Shown: positions 61,301-64,000 of the stretch, in pieces
How positions within the stretch are numbered: position 1 is the stretch's first letter
Layout: each line of letters begins with the position of its first letter
Origin: Convolutriloba macropyga
Taxonomy: Eukaryota
Assembly (NCBI RefSeq): GCF_964194025.1
Contig: NC_134471.1
Coordinates: 70,680,001 to 70,744,000, forward strand
DNA length: 64,000 nt
Direction: 5' to 3'
Position numbers and translations under genes: made by a program
The notes under the pieces: generated by a model
Seen by the model: only the letters and a program-made list of their open reading frames with translations
Told to the model about the DNA's origin: nothing
Database searches by the model: none

Positions 61301-63008
61301 CAACAAATAGTACATGATAACGGCTATGCCTTTATTAGTAATGATTTCGTTCACTACACAAACGAAATGGGAATTACACTATGCCCCCGAACTGCATATT
61401 CACCGTGGACTAACGGCAAAGTAGAAGTACAAAATAAACATTTCACTAATTACCTAAGACATTTTATTAGTAAAAGTGGATCTAATTGGTCCGAGTACAC
61501 TAGTAAATTTGCATTTTCGCACAATACTGCAGTAAACTACAGTACAGGATATACCACTTATGAAATACTATTCGGAACAAAACCGCAAATACCCCTATCA
61601 CTAAAGTTAGGACTACTACGAGATAATCAAAAGAAATGCACATCAGAGTATTGTAGTAATCTACCGCCACACTCACATAGTGAAGGAACTTGTAATAACA
61701 AAAAGATAGAGAAATTGTCACAAAACAGATTATCTAACGAAATGTTAAAACGTGAAAATACATTTAGAACTATATACTCGAATACCTACACTAAATGTAG
61801 ACAAACTACGAATAAAGCACACAAGTATAGAAATATATTTAAACTCGGAAAGCCTATACCTGAAGGTAGAAAAGTACTATTAGAAAATCACTCTAAAGGA
61901 CTACTTAAGTCTAAAAAGCTACAAGAGCTACGCTCAGGCCCTTACACTGTGCAACGAATGCTAACTAATACTACATATGAAATACAGCATGATAAAACAA
62001 ATGAAAAGAAAACAGTGCATAGAAATCATATAGTACCTTATTACCCGAAAGAAGAGAAAATACAACAAGTAGTCGAGAACTATGTAGTCCCAGACGACAC
62101 GGATGATTATTATACTCAATATAATAAGCATAATATATCCAAATCTAATGCTTATAGAGGCGCACAACATATTGCTATTTCACAGTGGCCTTTAGTAGAA
62201 ACACAATATACTGTTAATCCTAGTTTAACGTTGAGGCTACCCCAACAAAAGATTCAGGCTTAGAATCGCTACAAAAACGAGCAGATAATACTACGCATAT
62301 ACAAGGCACAAGCTCTTCTAACTTTCTACCCCCACGCATTTCAACCCCCTACCCTATACAAAATATATATTCACCTATTAGCCCACAGCAAGAAAATTTT
62401 TCTACCCCACCTGATAATACTAGTAAGTTTAAAGCTACACGCAAATTATTCCCCCAAGCATCGCATAATAGCCCCACATCATCACCTCATAATTCTACAC
62501 CTACAGCTTCACCTAATGTTTCTAATTTACCAGACGCAAATGAAGTATTGAGCAGACCTCAGCGTAATAGAAAAGCACCTACATTCTTTGGTGAACCTAT
62601 TCCCTCTGACTTGCTACGTAAACTCAAAAAGAAATAGAGACACAAAATTTCTTTTAAATAATAACTTTATAGTAAAAAGCACCACTACGCACAAAAATCA
62701 TAAAAAAGCTAATATATGCAAAAATCAAAAGAAAAAGCTTGATTATAAACCAATAATAGACACCAAATACTACATCAATCAGTTTTCTCTCCCCTTCTCA
62801 CCTACATATGAGGCTCTAAGAGACTCCTCACAGTGGCAGCCAACAACGTCTTCTCCTCAAATACCAGGCATTCCTTATAGTTGAGTTCCCTCAACATTTT
62901 GTAACACCGCTCAAGGAATCGTTTGAAGAACTAAAATTGTTGCCTCCTTAACATTCTATTTCACAATTTCTTTATGTAAAGCCTATCCCCACCGTTTTCT
63001 CTCCCTTA

Positions 63009-63422
63009 TCATCCATTGACAACCCTAATAAAACAAGATAGTTTTATTCGGTGTAAACTTACATCTTTTCCTAAGAAAAATTCGATTAGTTCAGTGGTCC
63101 ACTTTGAAACACATCTTGTTTCCCTCATTGACCACGGATTGAACCTGTTCCTCACTCGACATATTCCTAAGACTTCCTCGTCCCATAACGCAAGATGTGG
63201 ATAACAAAATGCCGTGGACATGAAAAATAAAAAGCTGAGGGCATCTAAGCCGAATACCCCTGTTTTAAGGAACGCCTTATAAGTATAACGGCGCACCGTT
63301 TTCTTACGACCAATGACTGGAGTAAACTCCAATCCATCAACAGTTAGTTGATAGTTCGCAGTCTCCAACTCCTCCTTCATTTCATCATTAGGGCACGTAT
63401 AGTCAAAAGGATAACAACTCAT
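63009..63422 (-). CDS. Antisense accessory ORF of unknown function in the Gypsy 3' region
   Basis: ATG at 63422 sits just after an acceptor-like tttatcttcag|aa on the minus strand. About 137 codons of globular-looking sequence; no recognisable family. Confidence 0.4.
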   Translation of the reverse strand: MSCYPFDYTCPNDEMKEELETANYQLTVDGLEFTPVIGRKKTVRRYTYKAFLKTGVFGLDALSFLFFMSTAFCYPHLALWDEEVLGICRVRNRFNPWSMRETRCVSKWTTELIEFFLGKDVSLHRIKLSCFIRVVNG

Positions 63423-64000
63423 TTCTGAAGATAAATATATATAACCGGGAATAAAGAAGATACAAATTAAAGAAGGAACAAAAATTAAAAATAAACTAAA
63501 AGAAAGAAGAAAGTCTAAAAGAAAATTCAAATTAACGGCGAGGAAAGAAATAAAGTTTTGGAAATTAATAGTCAAGAGAGATCAACTGTATAGTATGAAC
63601 GTTTAAAGCAAAAAGCAAATAGCCCACTCAACACAAATCCTACATAAAGTGCGCAATTAATCGCCACTGCAAGCTGTTACGCACACATAACTTCTATACA
63701 TGTTCAACACTCATACGCTTTTAACATTTACGCATACCTTTTATTGCAAACTAACGCTGAAAACACATGTTACCCAAAGCAAAGCTAAGTAGAATTAAGT
63801 CCCCCATGAGCAAATACCTAATCTAAGTTAAATACCTTAAGTACAGAAATTTGTCCCTTGCAAACTAATCAAACCACAAACCACGTAAAATCGAATTTAG
63901 CCAGGAAACGCACATTTAAGCAATATACATAGTCAACAAATAGAGCTTACCTTACTAGTTTAAGGACCCATGGAATGTTTAAAATAAACATTAGAGCACT

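Larger units (their letters stand above)
57017..62637 (+). pseudogene. Gypsy pol: protease - spacer - macrodomain - RT - RNase H - acidic insert - integrase, with several frameshifts and stops
   Basis: ORF pieces 57383-57856, 57828-59573, 59767-60705, 60714-61193 and 61367-62263, with a basic tail RPQRNRKAP ending in TAG at 62637. Confidence 0.9.
54000..64000 (+). mobile_element. Ty3/Gypsy LTR retrotransposon in a TEX2 intron; runs off the window and is mildly decayed
   Basis: Order: gag (CDYCRSNGHSISRC), protease (FMIDPGS), RT (KLVIDARYLN, DLSSAYNQ, YIDD), RNase H (HADSS, RELCGI, CDHRP, FPDILSR), integrase (H..H/CLSC, VHDNG, NGKVEVQN). Probable LTR end caaca at 54308 followed by a tgg PBS-like site. 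The 5' boundary is uncertain. Confidence 0.93.

Overview
AT-rich, intron-containing, transposon-rich eukaryotic DNA, most likely from an invertebrate animal; the species cannot be fixed from the sequence. Host genes, all on the + strand: (1) the last exon of PIGB; (2) a three-exon, divergent SIRT7-like sirtuin; (3) an unusual spliced gene (18821-19164 + 25613-25761 + 36675-37108, 308 aa) that joins a retropepsin-like domain with a degenerate active site to a cellular-type RNase H1 domain; (4) the first four coding exons of a TEX2-like gene. The ORF track does not show gene 3 as one unit. Just downstream of it lie four near-identical 778-bp tandem repeats, each carrying a decayed paralogous copy of its RNase H exon. 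Mobile DNA includes a nested stack in the RNase H intron (a solo-LTR-like insert inside a Copia element inside a CR1/L2-type LINE), and a 5'-truncated RLE-type non-LTR element fused to the first 31 nt of U2 snRNA, with a second U2 fragment 3.5 kb away. There is also a Gypsy element with a TARG1/Poa1-like macrodomain in pol, a -1 frameshift site and an antisense ORF, plus many Helentron-like (HINE/DINE-1-like) non-autonomous repeats and small palindromic elements. All homology calls come from recognising motifs by eye; no searches were run.
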